Shown: in pieces, positions 1 to 10,000 of the stretch
How the letters are laid out: every line of letters begins with the position of its first letter
How positions within the stretch are numbered: position 1 is the stretch's first letter
Source of the DNA: Candidatus Limnocylindrales bacterium
GTDB lineage: Bacteria; Chloroflexota; Limnocylindria; Limnocylindrales; CSP1-4
Direction of reading: 5' to 3'
NCBI GenBank assembly: GCA_049521175.1
Contig: JBEKPB010000001.1
Span: 92,440-156,439, forward strand
DNA: 64,000 bases
Translations under genes and position numbers: made by a program
The notes under the pieces: model-generated
What the model saw: the letters and a program-made list of their open reading frames with translations, nothing else
Told to the model about the DNA's origin: nothing
The model's database searches: none

Positions 1-560
1 AGCTCGCCCGAGAAGCCCGGCAGGCCCGGCAGACCGCCGGTCACATGGGCCGTCTTGTTCGCGAAGTCGATGTCGCCGTCGGCAACAGTTCCGCTAAGGG
101 GCACTGGAACCGAGGTGTAGACGGGGGTTGGGGTCGGGCCCGCCGAAGCGGAGGATGACGGCGTGGGCGTCGGCGTAGGAGTGGGGGTGGGCGTTGGAGT
201 TGGGGTCGGGGTCGGAGTGGGTGTCGCGGAAGGGCTCGCGGACGCCGAGGACGACGGGTGGGCGCTCGCCGAGCCCGAAGCTCCCACCGATGCAGAGGCC
301 GAGGCGGAGGCCGTCGCCGAGACCGCCGGAACGGGCGTGGCAGTGATCGCAGGCGTAGGTGACGCCGCCACGACCCCGACGATGAACTGGCCTCCGGCCT
401 CGATGTGGAAGTGGACAGACTGGAGGTTCGCCAGGGACGTCTGCGCCTTGGTAAGGATCTGCCGTGCGTCGGTCAAGGGCGCCGCGCTGCAAGCGGCGAC
501 GAGCGTCAGCACGGCGAGGGCGCCGGCGGCTGCGGTTGCGAACGATTTGCGACGAGACAC
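1..560 (-). CDS. Secreted lipoprotein, partial (the 3' end runs off the window), paralog of the 818..1741 gene. It starts with GTG and has a Pro-Thr linker.
   Basis: The ORF on the minus strand is open from GTG at 558-560 to position 1 and contains no ATG, so it is absent from the ORF track. A GGAGGA RBS lies 5 nt upstream of the GTG. The N-terminus VSRRKSFATAAAGALAVLTLVAACS is a lipoprotein signal with a lipobox. A (PT)n linker is encoded by the GGTGGG/GGTCGG hexamer repeats at about 150-240. The motif DIDFANKTAHVTGG matches DVDVANQAAHLTLN in the neighbouring lipoprotein. Confidence 0.5.
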   Translation of the reverse strand, partial: MSRRKSFATAAAGALAVLTLVAACSAAPLTDARQILTKAQTSLANLQSVHFHIEAGGQFIVGVVAASPTPAITATPVPAVSATASASASASVGASGSASAHPSSSASASPSATPTPTPTPTPTPTPTPTPTPTPSSSASAGPTPTPVYTSVPVPLSGTVADGDIDFANKTAHVTGGLPGLPGFSGE

Positions 561-817
561 CTGAGTCCTCCACACGAGATGCCGGCGGTTCGACCGCAAC
601 GCGCTCAACCGCCCGCCGCACACAACGGCCTGTGGCAGTTTACCCGCACCGGGCAGGCCGCGACCTGAAAGGAGGACTACCCAGCGCTTTCGGGTCCGCA
701 ACCCAGGGTGATGTTGTCGCCGCGAACCGACGGCGCTGCCCAGCTCCCCGATAGACAAGGCGGAACCCCGGGCGATTGGCCCGGGGTTCCGCTTGATGGC
801 GAGGGTTTGCCTTGCCC

Positions 818-1741
818 TTACGGGTTGACGTCGCTCGCGGCCGGTGCCGCGACTGTGACCGGCTGGTCGTAGTTCGTCACGGTGATCATGAGATCGAGGC
901 TGCCGAGTGTCGACGACGCACCCTTGAGCTCGACCTGGGCAAGACGGTTGTTTGACTTGTAGACCCAGAAGTCGACCGACGCAGAGTCGACCTTCATGTT
1001 GGTACCGGGGCTCGCCTGAGCGGCGATCGCCGCGTTGATCTTGTCGATCGGGACCGAGATGTTGATGTGGTTAGCGTCCTGGCCACCGATCTGTTCGACG
1101 CCGACCAGTGTCGCCGTGACGCCCGCCTGCTGCATCTGGGTGCGCAGCTGGTTGATCTCGTCCGTCAGGCCGGCCAATGCCGACGCGCCGGGCGACGGGA
1201 GTGCCGTCGGGACCGGCAACGAGCTGGTAAGGCTGCCGAGGTCGGTCTTGGTGTACTTCGGCCCGAGCAGGCTGACCTTGTAGTAGAGAGTGTTGTTCAC
1301 GACGACTACGTCGCCCGTTATCGGGACGCCGCCCAGCATCGCCATGGCCGGCACATTGAGCGTCAGGTGAGCGGCCTGGTTGGCAACGTCAACGTCGCCC
1401 TCGATGGCCGTTCCGTCCAGCTTGACGTCGCCGGTGATCGGGATGCCGGAGGTGCCCGCCTCAGACTTTAGCGCCGCGGCCTTGATGGTGCCGCTTACGG
1501 CGAGCTTGATATGGAACGACTTGATGTCCGCTCCACCGCTGATCACGGACGTGATGATCGAATTCGGGTCATTGGCGTTGACGGTCGGGGCGACCGAACC
1601 GACACTCGTCGGGTTCGCAGTACCGCCCCCTGCTCCGGTGGCAGCCGGTCCTGGCGTCCCGGAGCTACTGCCGCACGCACTGGCGAAGACAACGACCAAT
1701 CCCGCGAACACGGCTAGTGCCGGCTTGGGCAGGCGGATCAA
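818..1741 (-). CDS. Secreted lipoprotein of unknown function, with a Gly/Pro/Thr-rich linker.
   Basis: The N-terminus MIRLPKPALAVFAGLVVVFASACGSS is a signal peptide with a lipobox Cys. It is followed by a low-complexity GTPGPAATGAGGGTANPTS linker. The protein is paralogous to the partial ORF at 1-560. Confidence 0.6.
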   Translation of the reverse strand: MIRLPKPALAVFAGLVVVFASACGSSSGTPGPAATGAGGGTANPTSVGSVAPTVNANDPNSIITSVISGGADIKSFHIKLAVSGTIKAAALKSEAGTSGIPITGDVKLDGTAIEGDVDVANQAAHLTLNVPAMAMLGGVPITGDVVVVNNTLYYKVSLLGPKYTKTDLGSLTSSLPVPTALPSPGASALAGLTDEINQLRTQMQQAGVTATLVGVEQIGGQDANHINISVPIDKINAAIAAQASPGTNMKVDSASVDFWVYKSNNRLAQVELKGASSTLGSLDLMITVTNYDQPVTVAAPAASDVNP

Positions 1742-1847
1742 GGTGCACCTCCTCTTGGGCTTGCTACCGGGATCAGGATTGGGCCGCCGGGTTGACCTGT
1801 CAAACTTGCGCCCGACAAACGAAGTGGTGTCTCACTCTGTAATCAAA

Positions 1848-1878
1848 GAAGCCCCGGGCGAAACTCGCCCGGGGCTTC
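1848..1878 (-). terminator. Intrinsic terminator hairpin downstream of groEL.
   Basis: The sequence GAAGCCCCGGGCG-AAACT-CGCCCGGGGCTTC forms a perfect 13-bp stem. It is followed on the minus strand by TTTGATT. Confidence 0.5.
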
Positions 1879-2016
1879 TTCTCGCCGGTCGGCCGGCGCA
1901 TTCTGGCGTTGGCTCATGCGCTCCTCGCTCACGCCCATTCAGGTGCGCTCGCTACGGTGCTGATTGCCGCCTCCGTCTGCGCTCGTCCGTCCGGCTCTAG
2001 TGCGCTTGAACCGAAC

Positions 2017-3660
<1,644 letters not shown>

Positions 3661-3724
3661 CTACTCCGGCCGTCCGAGTCGCCCCAGAGGCCGAGTGGGT
3701 GATCGACGCCGCTGTCGGGGTCGT

Positions 3725-4039
3725 CTAGTTCTCGACGATCGCCAGGATGTCCTTCTGGCTCACGATGAGGAGATCCTCGCCATCCACCTTGAACTCGGTG
3801 CCGGCGTACTTTGCGTACAGGACCCGGTCGCCGACCTTGACGTCCATCGCTTCGCGCTTGCCGTCATCGAGCGTCTTGCCCGGTCCGGCAGCGAGGATGA
3901 CTCCCTCCATCGGCTTCTCCTTGGCCGTGTCCGGCAGGACGATGCCGCTCTTGGTCATGTCTTCGCGAGGGGTGGGCTTGATGACGACGCGGTCGCCGAG
4001 GGGCTTCAGCTTCTTGCTGGTCGCTGTTGCCGTTGCCAA
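3725..4039 (-). CDS. groES: Co-chaperonin GroES (10 kDa).
   Basis: The sequence [14 protein letters not shown]...[12 protein letters not shown]...[26 protein letters not shown] is GroES-like. I chose a TTG start at 4039 with AGGAGG 9 nt upstream, which gives 104 aa. The ORF-track start at 4144 adds a 35-aa N-terminal extension that is not GroES-like. Confidence 0.85.
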   Translation of the reverse strand: MATATATSKKLKPLGDRVVIKPTPREDMTKSGIVLPDTAKEKPMEGVILAAGPGKTLDDGKREAMDVKVGDRVLYAKYAGTEFKVDGEDLLIVSQKDILAIVEN

Positions 4040-4240
4040 CGCGCATTTCCTCCTGAAGACGGCGGCGAATGCCTGCCGTCGCAACTCCTGGACGTAGCCT
4101 GTCGATACCGGCCGAGGCCGGGCGACGCTCTTGCCCGAGCTCATCGACCGCTTCAGCGGGCGAGCCCGCGGGCCCTCGCGGTGCGCGATGACGGACCCGA
4201 AGGCTCCTCCGTCACGCCGCGACGACGCTGCTCGGTCGAA

Positions 4241-4267
4241 TTAGCACTCTACCATCGAGAGTGCTAA
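4241..4267. promoter_or_regulatory. CIRCE operator (HrcA binding site).
   Basis: TTAGCACTC-TACCATCGA-GAGTGCTAA is a perfect 9-N9-9 inverted repeat matching the CIRCE consensus. It lies about 200 nt upstream of groES. Confidence 0.9.
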
Positions 4268-4268
4268 C

Positions 4269-4297
4269 AGCCTAACCAGGGCCGTTGGGGCTGTCAA
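4269..4297 (-). promoter_or_regulatory. Sigma-70-like promoter of groES-groEL.
   Basis: On the minus strand a TTGACA -35 box is separated by 17 nt from a TAGGCT -10 box, immediately upstream of and abutting the CIRCE element. Confidence 0.55.
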
Positions 4298-4460
4298 GCG
4301 CGGGCTCCCTGCGGCGGCCTGGCTGCTGCGGAGGAGCGCGTCGTATCCTCGGAGGCGGGCATTTCCGACACGGCTTGAGAGAACGTCTCGGTCATTGCCG
4401 AGGCCCATGCCAATGCCTCGGACGGCGCCGCGGCGGCGCCTGCAGAAAAGGCGAAGTGAG

Positions 4461-5231
4461 ATGACATCTGCCGAGTTGCCCGACCATGTCCTGCGCAACC
4501 GCGCCGTCTGGGATCGCTGGGCGCCCGACTGGGTGGCCGGCGGCCAGCGCAACTGGGCCGCCCATGAACCAGACTGGGGGATCTGGGGCATTCCCGAAAG
4601 CCAGCTACGGCTGCTGGACGACGTTGAGGGCCGGGACGTCATCGAGCTCGGGTGCGGCACGGCCTATGTCTCGGCGTGGCTCGCGCGCCGCGGGGCCAGA
4701 CCGGTCGGCATCGACAACTCACCGAAGCAGCTGGAAACGGCGCGCACTCTTCAGGTCAAGCACAAGCTCGAGTTCCCGCTGCTGCTGGGGAACGCCGAGT
4801 CGGTCCCCTACCCCGACGCCTCGTTCGACCTCGCCATCTCGGAGTACGGGGCGGCGATCTGGGCCGACCCCTACCTCTGGATACCCGAGGCTGCTCGCCT
4901 GCTTCGTCCGGGAGGTCGTCTGAGGTTCCTCGGCAACGCTTTCCTCTTCATCCTGTGCTGCCCCGACGAGGACGACAAGCCGCCCACGGATCGGCTGCTG
5001 AGCGACCAGTTTGGCGCCTGCCGCTTCGAATGGCCGAGCGACGAGTCGGTGGAGTTCCATCTGCCGCATGGCGAGATGATCCGCCTGCTCCGGAAGAGTG
5101 GCTTCGAGATCGAGGACCTGATAGAGATCCAGGCGCCGGAGGGAGCCACCACCAAATACCCCTGGGTCGACCCGGTCTGGGCACGGCGCTGGCCAACGGA
5201 GGAAGTCTGGAAGGCTCGCAAGAAGAGCTGA
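4461..5231 (+). CDS. Class I SAM-dependent methyltransferase.
   Basis: VIELGCGTAYVSAWLARRGARPVGIDNS is a SAM-binding motif I, and LLRPGGRLRF is present. The ATG at 4461 has a purine-rich RBS. The track start at 4395 is a TTG. Confidence 0.7.
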   Translation: MTSAELPDHVLRNRAVWDRWAPDWVAGGQRNWAAHEPDWGIWGIPESQLRLLDDVEGRDVIELGCGTAYVSAWLARRGARPVGIDNSPKQLETARTLQVKHKLEFPLLLGNAESVPYPDASFDLAISEYGAAIWADPYLWIPEAARLLRPGGRLRFLGNAFLFILCCPDEDDKPPTDRLLSDQFGACRFEWPSDESVEFHLPHGEMIRLLRKSGFEIEDLIEIQAPEGATTKYPWVDPVWARRWPTEEVWKARKKS

Positions 5232-5261
5232 CCGGGAGCGAGAGGATCGCAGGGGATCGGA

Positions 5262-5288
5262 AACGGGCGGCCTGGGCCGCCCGTTTCT
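5262..5288. terminator. Bidirectional terminator-like hairpin between the convergent methyltransferase and flp genes.
   Basis: GAAACGGGCGGCC-TGG-GCCGCCGTTTC is a GC stem with one bulge. It is flanked by an A-tract and a T-tract. Confidence 0.45.
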
Positions 5289-5299
5289 CGATCTTCGTT

Positions 5300-5452
5300 C
5301 TAGATCGACGTGCCGATGACGCTGAGGATGGTGCTGAGTCCTCCACCGAGGAACATCAGGGCGCTGACGGCGACGACTGCGATCAGAGCCAGGATGAGAG
5401 CGTATTCCGCAAGTCCTTGACCGCGTGCATGGGCGGTCGGACTCAGGATCAT
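5300..5452 (-). CDS. flp: Flp/Fap family type IVb pilin subunit (50 aa), not in the ORF track.
   Basis: The translation is MILSPTAHARGQGLAEYALILALIAVVAVSALMFLGGGLSTILSVIGTSI. The motif G-x-G-L-x-E-Y-A-L-I is the Flp prepilin processing and hydrophobic core. Confidence 0.7.
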   Translation of the reverse strand: MILSPTAHARGQGLAEYALILALIAVVAVSALMFLGGGLSTILSVIGTSI

Positions 5453-5471
5453 CGCGTCGATCAGAGAACTT

Positions 5472-5618
5472 CTACATCGCAGCGCCGACGGCGCTGAGGA
5501 TGCTCTGGATGGTGCCGCTCAGGAAAAGGAGCGCGAGCACCGCGGCGATTGCGATCAGAGCCAGGATGAGGGCGTATTCGGCAAGTCCCTGACCGGAGCG
5601 GCCCTTGAGCGTGAGCAT
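5472..5618 (-). CDS. flp: Flp/Fap family type IVb pilin subunit (48 aa).
   Basis: The translation is MLTLKGRSGQGLAEYALILALIAIAAVLALLFLSGTIQSILSAVGAAM. GGAGGGA lies 7 nt upstream of the ATG. The 154-aa track ORF over this region is an artificial upstream extension. Confidence 0.75.
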   Translation of the reverse strand: MLTLKGRSGQGLAEYALILALIAIAAVLALLFLSGTIQSILSAVGAAM

Positions 5619-5784
5619 GGATGATCCCTCCGTCGAATAATGGCCAGCCAAATGAATACGTTGACTGATGACCCGGCGATGGTACTGCGGTTTCTGGCTG
5701 TGCGGCATCCATTTTCGACGAAGTGGGGCGCGGGGACACCGCGGCCCGCTTCGGGGCCAAACCTGGGGCCCTCGTCCGGCTGGA

Positions 5785-6741
5785 TCAGCGACGGCCTTCC
5801 GGGCCGCCGGTGCCGGCGAGAGCCGCCTCGATCGAGGCCAGATGGGGCTCTCGGTGGATCCAGCGGCTGACCAGATGCGGCCGCGTCGCCGCGACGCCAG
5901 CCGGCAGCCTCTCGCCCAGAGAGACCAGCAGGGCATCGACGGATTCGGCTGCGGCGAGAGCCTCCGCCCCGATGTCGAGGCCGATCCGCACGGTCCATGC
6001 CCCCAGAAGCGAGGCCAGCGGCCGGTTGATGGCCTCCGTCATCCCGCCCGGGATGCTGGCCGGCTCGAACGAGCCACCATCCGGCGCAGCGGCTTGGGCC
6101 ATCAGCCAGCGTGTCTCCATCGACCGATCCCAGAACGCCAGATGGCCGAGAACCTGGGCCACGGTCCAGCTGCCCTCATCGGTTGCCGCGGTTCGGCGGG
6201 CGAGATCCTCAGCCGTCAGTCGCCCGAGGATCCCCGCCAGGCGGCGTCTAGACTCGGCGTTCCGCTCGACGAAAGAGCGGTCGAGCGGCACCGCGGCGGC
6301 TAGGCTGCGCTCGATTTGGTCGAGGTGCTCGCCGCGGTGGCGATGCCGATGCAGCAAATACGCGCTCGGCGTCCCCTCCAGTGCGTCGACGATCGCGTCC
6401 GGGGCGCTCGCGATGAGCGCATCCAGACTTGTCGCCGCTTCGACCGCGAGGGCGGGAATGTTCTCGGCTGTAACGCCGGACCAGTACGGGTGCAGGGATG
6501 AGTTGGCCAGGTGTTCGGCGCCGATGACCGATTCGTCATCGGCGGTCCATCTTCCGGCGAGCATTTCGGTCCAGCGCTCAGCCTGCCAGCGGTCCCAAAA
6601 CCCCGTGTGAGCCAGCGCCGACGCAACGGTCCAGCCCTCGCCGAGGTCGACCTCGAGCGTGGCCGGGGTGAGCATGGCGACTAGGCGTGCGAGCCGCTGC
6701 CGCGACTCGTCGTTGGCGCGCTGGAAGCTCCGGTCCGTCAT
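5785..6741 (-). CDS. Tandem DinB_2/MDMPI-like (DinB/YfiT superfamily) domain protein, putative metal-dependent enzyme.
   Basis: The motif W-T-V-A-x-x-L-x-H-x-x-F-W-D-R occurs twice (WTVASALAHTGFWDRW and WTVAQVLGHLAFWDRS). HRHRHRGEHLDQI resembles the terminal His motif of DinB_2. The ATG at 6741 has a GAGGAG RBS. The longer track start overlaps tatD. Confidence 0.5.
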   Translation of the reverse strand: MTDRSFQRANDESRQRLARLVAMLTPATLEVDLGEGWTVASALAHTGFWDRWQAERWTEMLAGRWTADDESVIGAEHLANSSLHPYWSGVTAENIPALAVEAATSLDALIASAPDAIVDALEGTPSAYLLHRHRHRGEHLDQIERSLAAAVPLDRSFVERNAESRRRLAGILGRLTAEDLARRTAATDEGSWTVAQVLGHLAFWDRSMETRWLMAQAAAPDGGSFEPASIPGGMTEAINRPLASLLGAWTVRIGLDIGAEALAAAESVDALLVSLGERLPAGVAATRPHLVSRWIHREPHLASIEAALAGTGGPEGRR

Positions 6742-6790
6742 GCTCGTCTCCTCGATGGCATCCGGCCCCGCCGCGGGTGGGAAGCGGTCT

Positions 6791-7642
6791 TCAGGCCCGT
6801 AGATGGCCCCGGAAGGTTGAGTCGTAGGCCGCGACGAGGCCCGGCCCAATCGTATCGAGGGACTCGCCGATCTGCTCCGCAAGCCACTCCCCGGTGACGC
6901 GAACCCACTGCGGCGAGTTGCGCCGGCCGGGGAAGCCGGGCACGGACCCGCGCGGAACGCCGGGCGGCGCGAGGTACGGAGCGTCGGTCTCGATCAGCAG
7001 CCGATCACGCGGGACGAGCCGCGCGACCTCGGCCGAGGACTCTTCGCCCTGCCGGAAGACGAGGCCGCCGAACGAGACGGCTAGCCCGAGCTCGAGCGCC
7101 GCCGCAGCGTAGTCGACCGGTCCCGAGAACGAATGCAGGACGGCAGCCGGGCGATCGCCGAACGCCGCTCGGGCAGCTCCCTGCCCGAAGCCGGCGGCGC
7201 GGAGCTCGGCGATCAGCGCGTCCTGGGCGTCGCGCGCTCCGGCCGCGGAGCGGCAGTGGAGAATCGCCGGCTTGCCCGTCGCCAGGGCGAGGCGCAGGTG
7301 GCGTCGGAGGTTTGCGAGCTGCGCTTCCGGCGGCGAGTGCATGCGGTCGAAGTCGAGGCCGGTCTCCCCTATCCCGGCGACGTGCCGGTCCGCCGCAAGC
7401 TCCACCACGGCCTCCCAATCCCCGTCGGTCGCCAATGCGGCGTCGTGAGGGTGGATGCCGACCGCCGCTTCGATCCAACCGTGTTCGGACGCCAGCTCGA
7501 CAGCCGCCGCCGACGAGCCTGCGTCCCAGCCGGGCACGAGCAGCCGCTCGATGCCCGCCTCTCGCGTGGAGTCGATGACCGCCGCCCGGTCGGCCGCGAA
7601 CGCATCCGCTTGCAGGTGGGCGTGGCTGTCGACGAGCCTCAT
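6791..7642 (-). CDS. tatD: TatD-family metal-dependent hydrolase/DNase.
   Basis: The N-terminus is MRLVDSHAHLQADAF, and the protein contains HCRSA and ETDAPYLAP. It sits directly downstream of metG, as is typical. Confidence 0.85.
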   Translation of the reverse strand: MRLVDSHAHLQADAFAADRAAVIDSTREAGIERLLVPGWDAGSSAAAVELASEHGWIEAAVGIHPHDAALATDGDWEAVVELAADRHVAGIGETGLDFDRMHSPPEAQLANLRRHLRLALATGKPAILHCRSAAGARDAQDALIAELRAAGFGQGAARAAFGDRPAAVLHSFSGPVDYAAAALELGLAVSFGGLVFRQGEESSAEVARLVPRDRLLIETDAPYLAPPGVPRGSVPGFPGRRNSPQWVRVTGEWLAEQIGESLDTIGPGLVAAYDSTFRGHLRA

Positions 7643-7663
7643 CGGTAGCAGGGACGGCCGGCC

Positions 7664-9298
7664 TCAGCCCGCCGCTGGCGCGACAGCCTCGGCCTCGATG
7701 CGCGGGAAGAGCGGCTCGGCCGTGGCCAGGCTGCCGGCCTCGCCGGCGTGGGCCCCCCAACGCAGCTCGTCGAGCAACGCCGGACCGCCGTTGCCATCCG
7801 GGCCGTATGGGTAGACGTAGCCGAGTTGGGTCAGCGCCCGCGGCGCCGCGGTCGGGATAAAGGGCGCCGCTGCCAGCGCAATCAGCCGGCACGCTTCGAC
7901 GAGATCGCCGAGAACCGCCCGCAGACGGACGCCTGCCTCCGCGTCACCCGCCTTCATCGCCTTCGCCAGCGCCCATGGCTGCTCCGCTTCGACGAGCCGG
8001 TTCGCCGCGCCGACGAACTCCCACAGGACGGATAGCGCGTCGTGCAACAGGCAACTCTCCAGCCGCCCCCGATAAGTGGCCAGCGTCTCCGTCCAGGCCT
8101 TCGCCATTCCCGCCTCGGGCCCGGGGGACGGCCGCTCGCCACCGAAGTAGCGGTTCGCCATCGGGATGGTCCGGTTCAAGAGGTTGCCGAAGTCGTTGGC
8201 GAGGTCGGCGTTGTAGCGGCGAACAAAGGAGTCCCATGAGACGTCCGTGTCGCGGTCGAAGGCGACCTCTCGCAGGGCGACGTAGCGGGCGCCGTCGGCT
8301 CCCAGAGTCTTGACCACGTCCACGGGGTCGAGGAAGTTGCCCAGGCTCTTGCTCATCCGCTCACCCTGGGCAAGCAGGAAGCCGTGGATCCAGACGTGGC
8401 GCGGCGCCTCCAGACCGGCACTCCAGAGCATCGCCGGCCAGTAGATCGTGTGGAAGCGAGCGATGTCCTTGCCGATCACATGTAGGTCGGCCGGCCACCA
8501 GCGCTCGAACGCCGCCGCGTCGTCGGGGAAACCGGCGCCGGTCACGTAGTTGATCAAAGCGTCGTACCAGACGTAGATCGTGCCGGCGGCAGGATCCCAC
8601 GTCCCATCGGGCCGCTGCGACGAAGAGCCGTCCGGCATGATCGGGAACGGGATGCCCCACGTGGCGCCGGCACGACTTATCGAGAAATCTTCGAGGCCAC
8701 CGCGGATGAAGCCGAGCATCTCGTTGCGCCGATAGTCAGGCTGGGCGAAGTCCGGATGCTCCTCGAAATGCCGCTCGAGCCTCTCCTGGTAGGCCGAAAG
8801 CCGGAAGAACCAGTTGTGCTCCGAGAGCCACTGGAGAGGCACCGTCGGGTGGTTCGGGCAGCGCGTGCCTTCGGGCAATTCGATCACGTCGGACGGGGCC
8901 TTGAACCCCTCGGCCGGGCAATACCAGCCCTCGTATGTGCCGAGGTAGATGTCGCCGTTGTCGTAGGCGCGCCGGACCATCTCCTGGGCCGAGCGGACGT
9001 GATCGGGATCGGTCGTGCGGATGAATCGATCGGGCCTGATCAGGAGGGCGTCCTCGGCCGTGCGGAAGAGCCCGACCATCTCGTCGATGAACTCTCTGGG
9101 TTCCCTGCCAAGCTCAGCCGCCCGCTGGGCGATGTTGACCGAATGCTCGTCGGTGCCAGTTAGGAATCGCGTGTCGTCGCCCTTCATCCGGTGCCAGCGT
9201 GCCAGGACGTCCGCTCCGATGACCTCGTAGAGCGTGTGGAGCCCGGGCCGGTTGTTGGCATAGGCGATGGAAGTGGTGACGTAGAAGCGAGGGCTCAT
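7664..9298 (-). CDS. metG: Methionyl-tRNA synthetase (short form, lacking the C-terminal tRNA-binding domain).
   Basis: The protein has a HIGH-like TTSIAYANNRPGLHT region, a KMSKS loop (MSKSLGN), and the N-terminus MSPRFYVTT. Confidence 0.9.
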   Translation of the reverse strand: MSPRFYVTTSIAYANNRPGLHTLYEVIGADVLARWHRMKGDDTRFLTGTDEHSVNIAQRAAELGREPREFIDEMVGLFRTAEDALLIRPDRFIRTTDPDHVRSAQEMVRRAYDNGDIYLGTYEGWYCPAEGFKAPSDVIELPEGTRCPNHPTVPLQWLSEHNWFFRLSAYQERLERHFEEHPDFAQPDYRRNEMLGFIRGGLEDFSISRAGATWGIPFPIMPDGSSSQRPDGTWDPAAGTIYVWYDALINYVTGAGFPDDAAAFERWWPADLHVIGKDIARFHTIYWPAMLWSAGLEAPRHVWIHGFLLAQGERMSKSLGNFLDPVDVVKTLGADGARYVALREVAFDRDTDVSWDSFVRRYNADLANDFGNLLNRTIPMANRYFGGERPSPGPEAGMAKAWTETLATYRGRLESCLLHDALSVLWEFVGAANRLVEAEQPWALAKAMKAGDAEAGVRLRAVLGDLVEACRLIALAAAPFIPTAAPRALTQLGYVYPYGPDGNGGPALLDELRWGAHAGEAGSLATAEPLFPRIEAEAVAPAAG

Positions 9299-9404
9299 GG
9301 CGCCCGATGGTAGCAGGCGACACGCCGGCGGGCCTGGCAGATGAACATTCGGCAACGTCGCAGGTGGGTCGATCGAGGTCTAGCGGCCTTGGTGCACGAG
9401 GGCC

Positions 9405-9935
9405 TTGCGATCGCTGGGCGAGGCATCATTGACCCATGACCGCCCTCTGGCCGAAACTGGCGGCGTCATGCCGCCCACGAAGCTGCCCGATCTGGATCGA
9501 GACACCGAACGCCGCCTGGCGGCGGGCCTCTTCAACGAAGTCTGGCGGCTGCTCGACCTGCCAAAACGACGGCCCGAGCAGGACGACGAGATGCTGCACG
9601 CGGCCCACGCCTCGCGCTACCACTGGGGCAACACGGGCGACTCGATTACGCTCGTCCGCGGCGAGTGGCTCTGCTCGCGCGTCTACGCCGTGCTTGGACG
9701 CCCCGAACCGGCAATCTGGCACGCCCGTCGTTGCCTGGAGCTGCTGACCGAGTTCGGCGGCGGTGAGAACTGGGATGAGGCCTACGCCTACGAGGCGCTT
9801 GCCCGAGCGCATGCTCTGGCCGGCAACAAGGACGAGAAGAACGCCTGGCTCTCCAAAGCCCGCGCCACGGCGAAAGCGATCGCCGATCCGAACGACCGCG
9901 AGCCGATCGAAGAGGACCTCAAGACGGTCAAGTGA
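9405..9935 (+). CDS. Hypothetical protein.
   Basis: The ORF is clean and diverges from metG. I recognised no family. The start may be the internal M at about 9468. Confidence 0.4.
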   Translation: MRSLGEASLTHDRPLAETGGVMPPTKLPDLDRDTERRLAAGLFNEVWRLLDLPKRRPEQDDEMLHAAHASRYHWGNTGDSITLVRGEWLCSRVYAVLGRPEPAIWHARRCLELLTEFGGGENWDEAYAYEALARAHALAGNKDEKNAWLSKARATAKAIADPNDREPIEEDLKTVK

Positions 9936-10000
9936 TTGGCACGGCGTGACCCTGGGCCGCAGGGCGTTTGGCAGACCAGCTCGAGAAGATCGGTTCGATC

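Noticed and set aside
163-564. A plus-strand ORF that begins MGVGVGVGVGV....
   Set aside because: It is the mirror-strand translation of the (PT)n linker-coding repeat of the minus-strand lipoprotein. It has no RBS and no credible protein.
5461-5998. Three overlapping ORFs of 99-154 aa around the flp locus.
   Set aside because: These are Arg/Pro-rich frame artefacts. The real genes are the two flp ORFs of about 50 aa.
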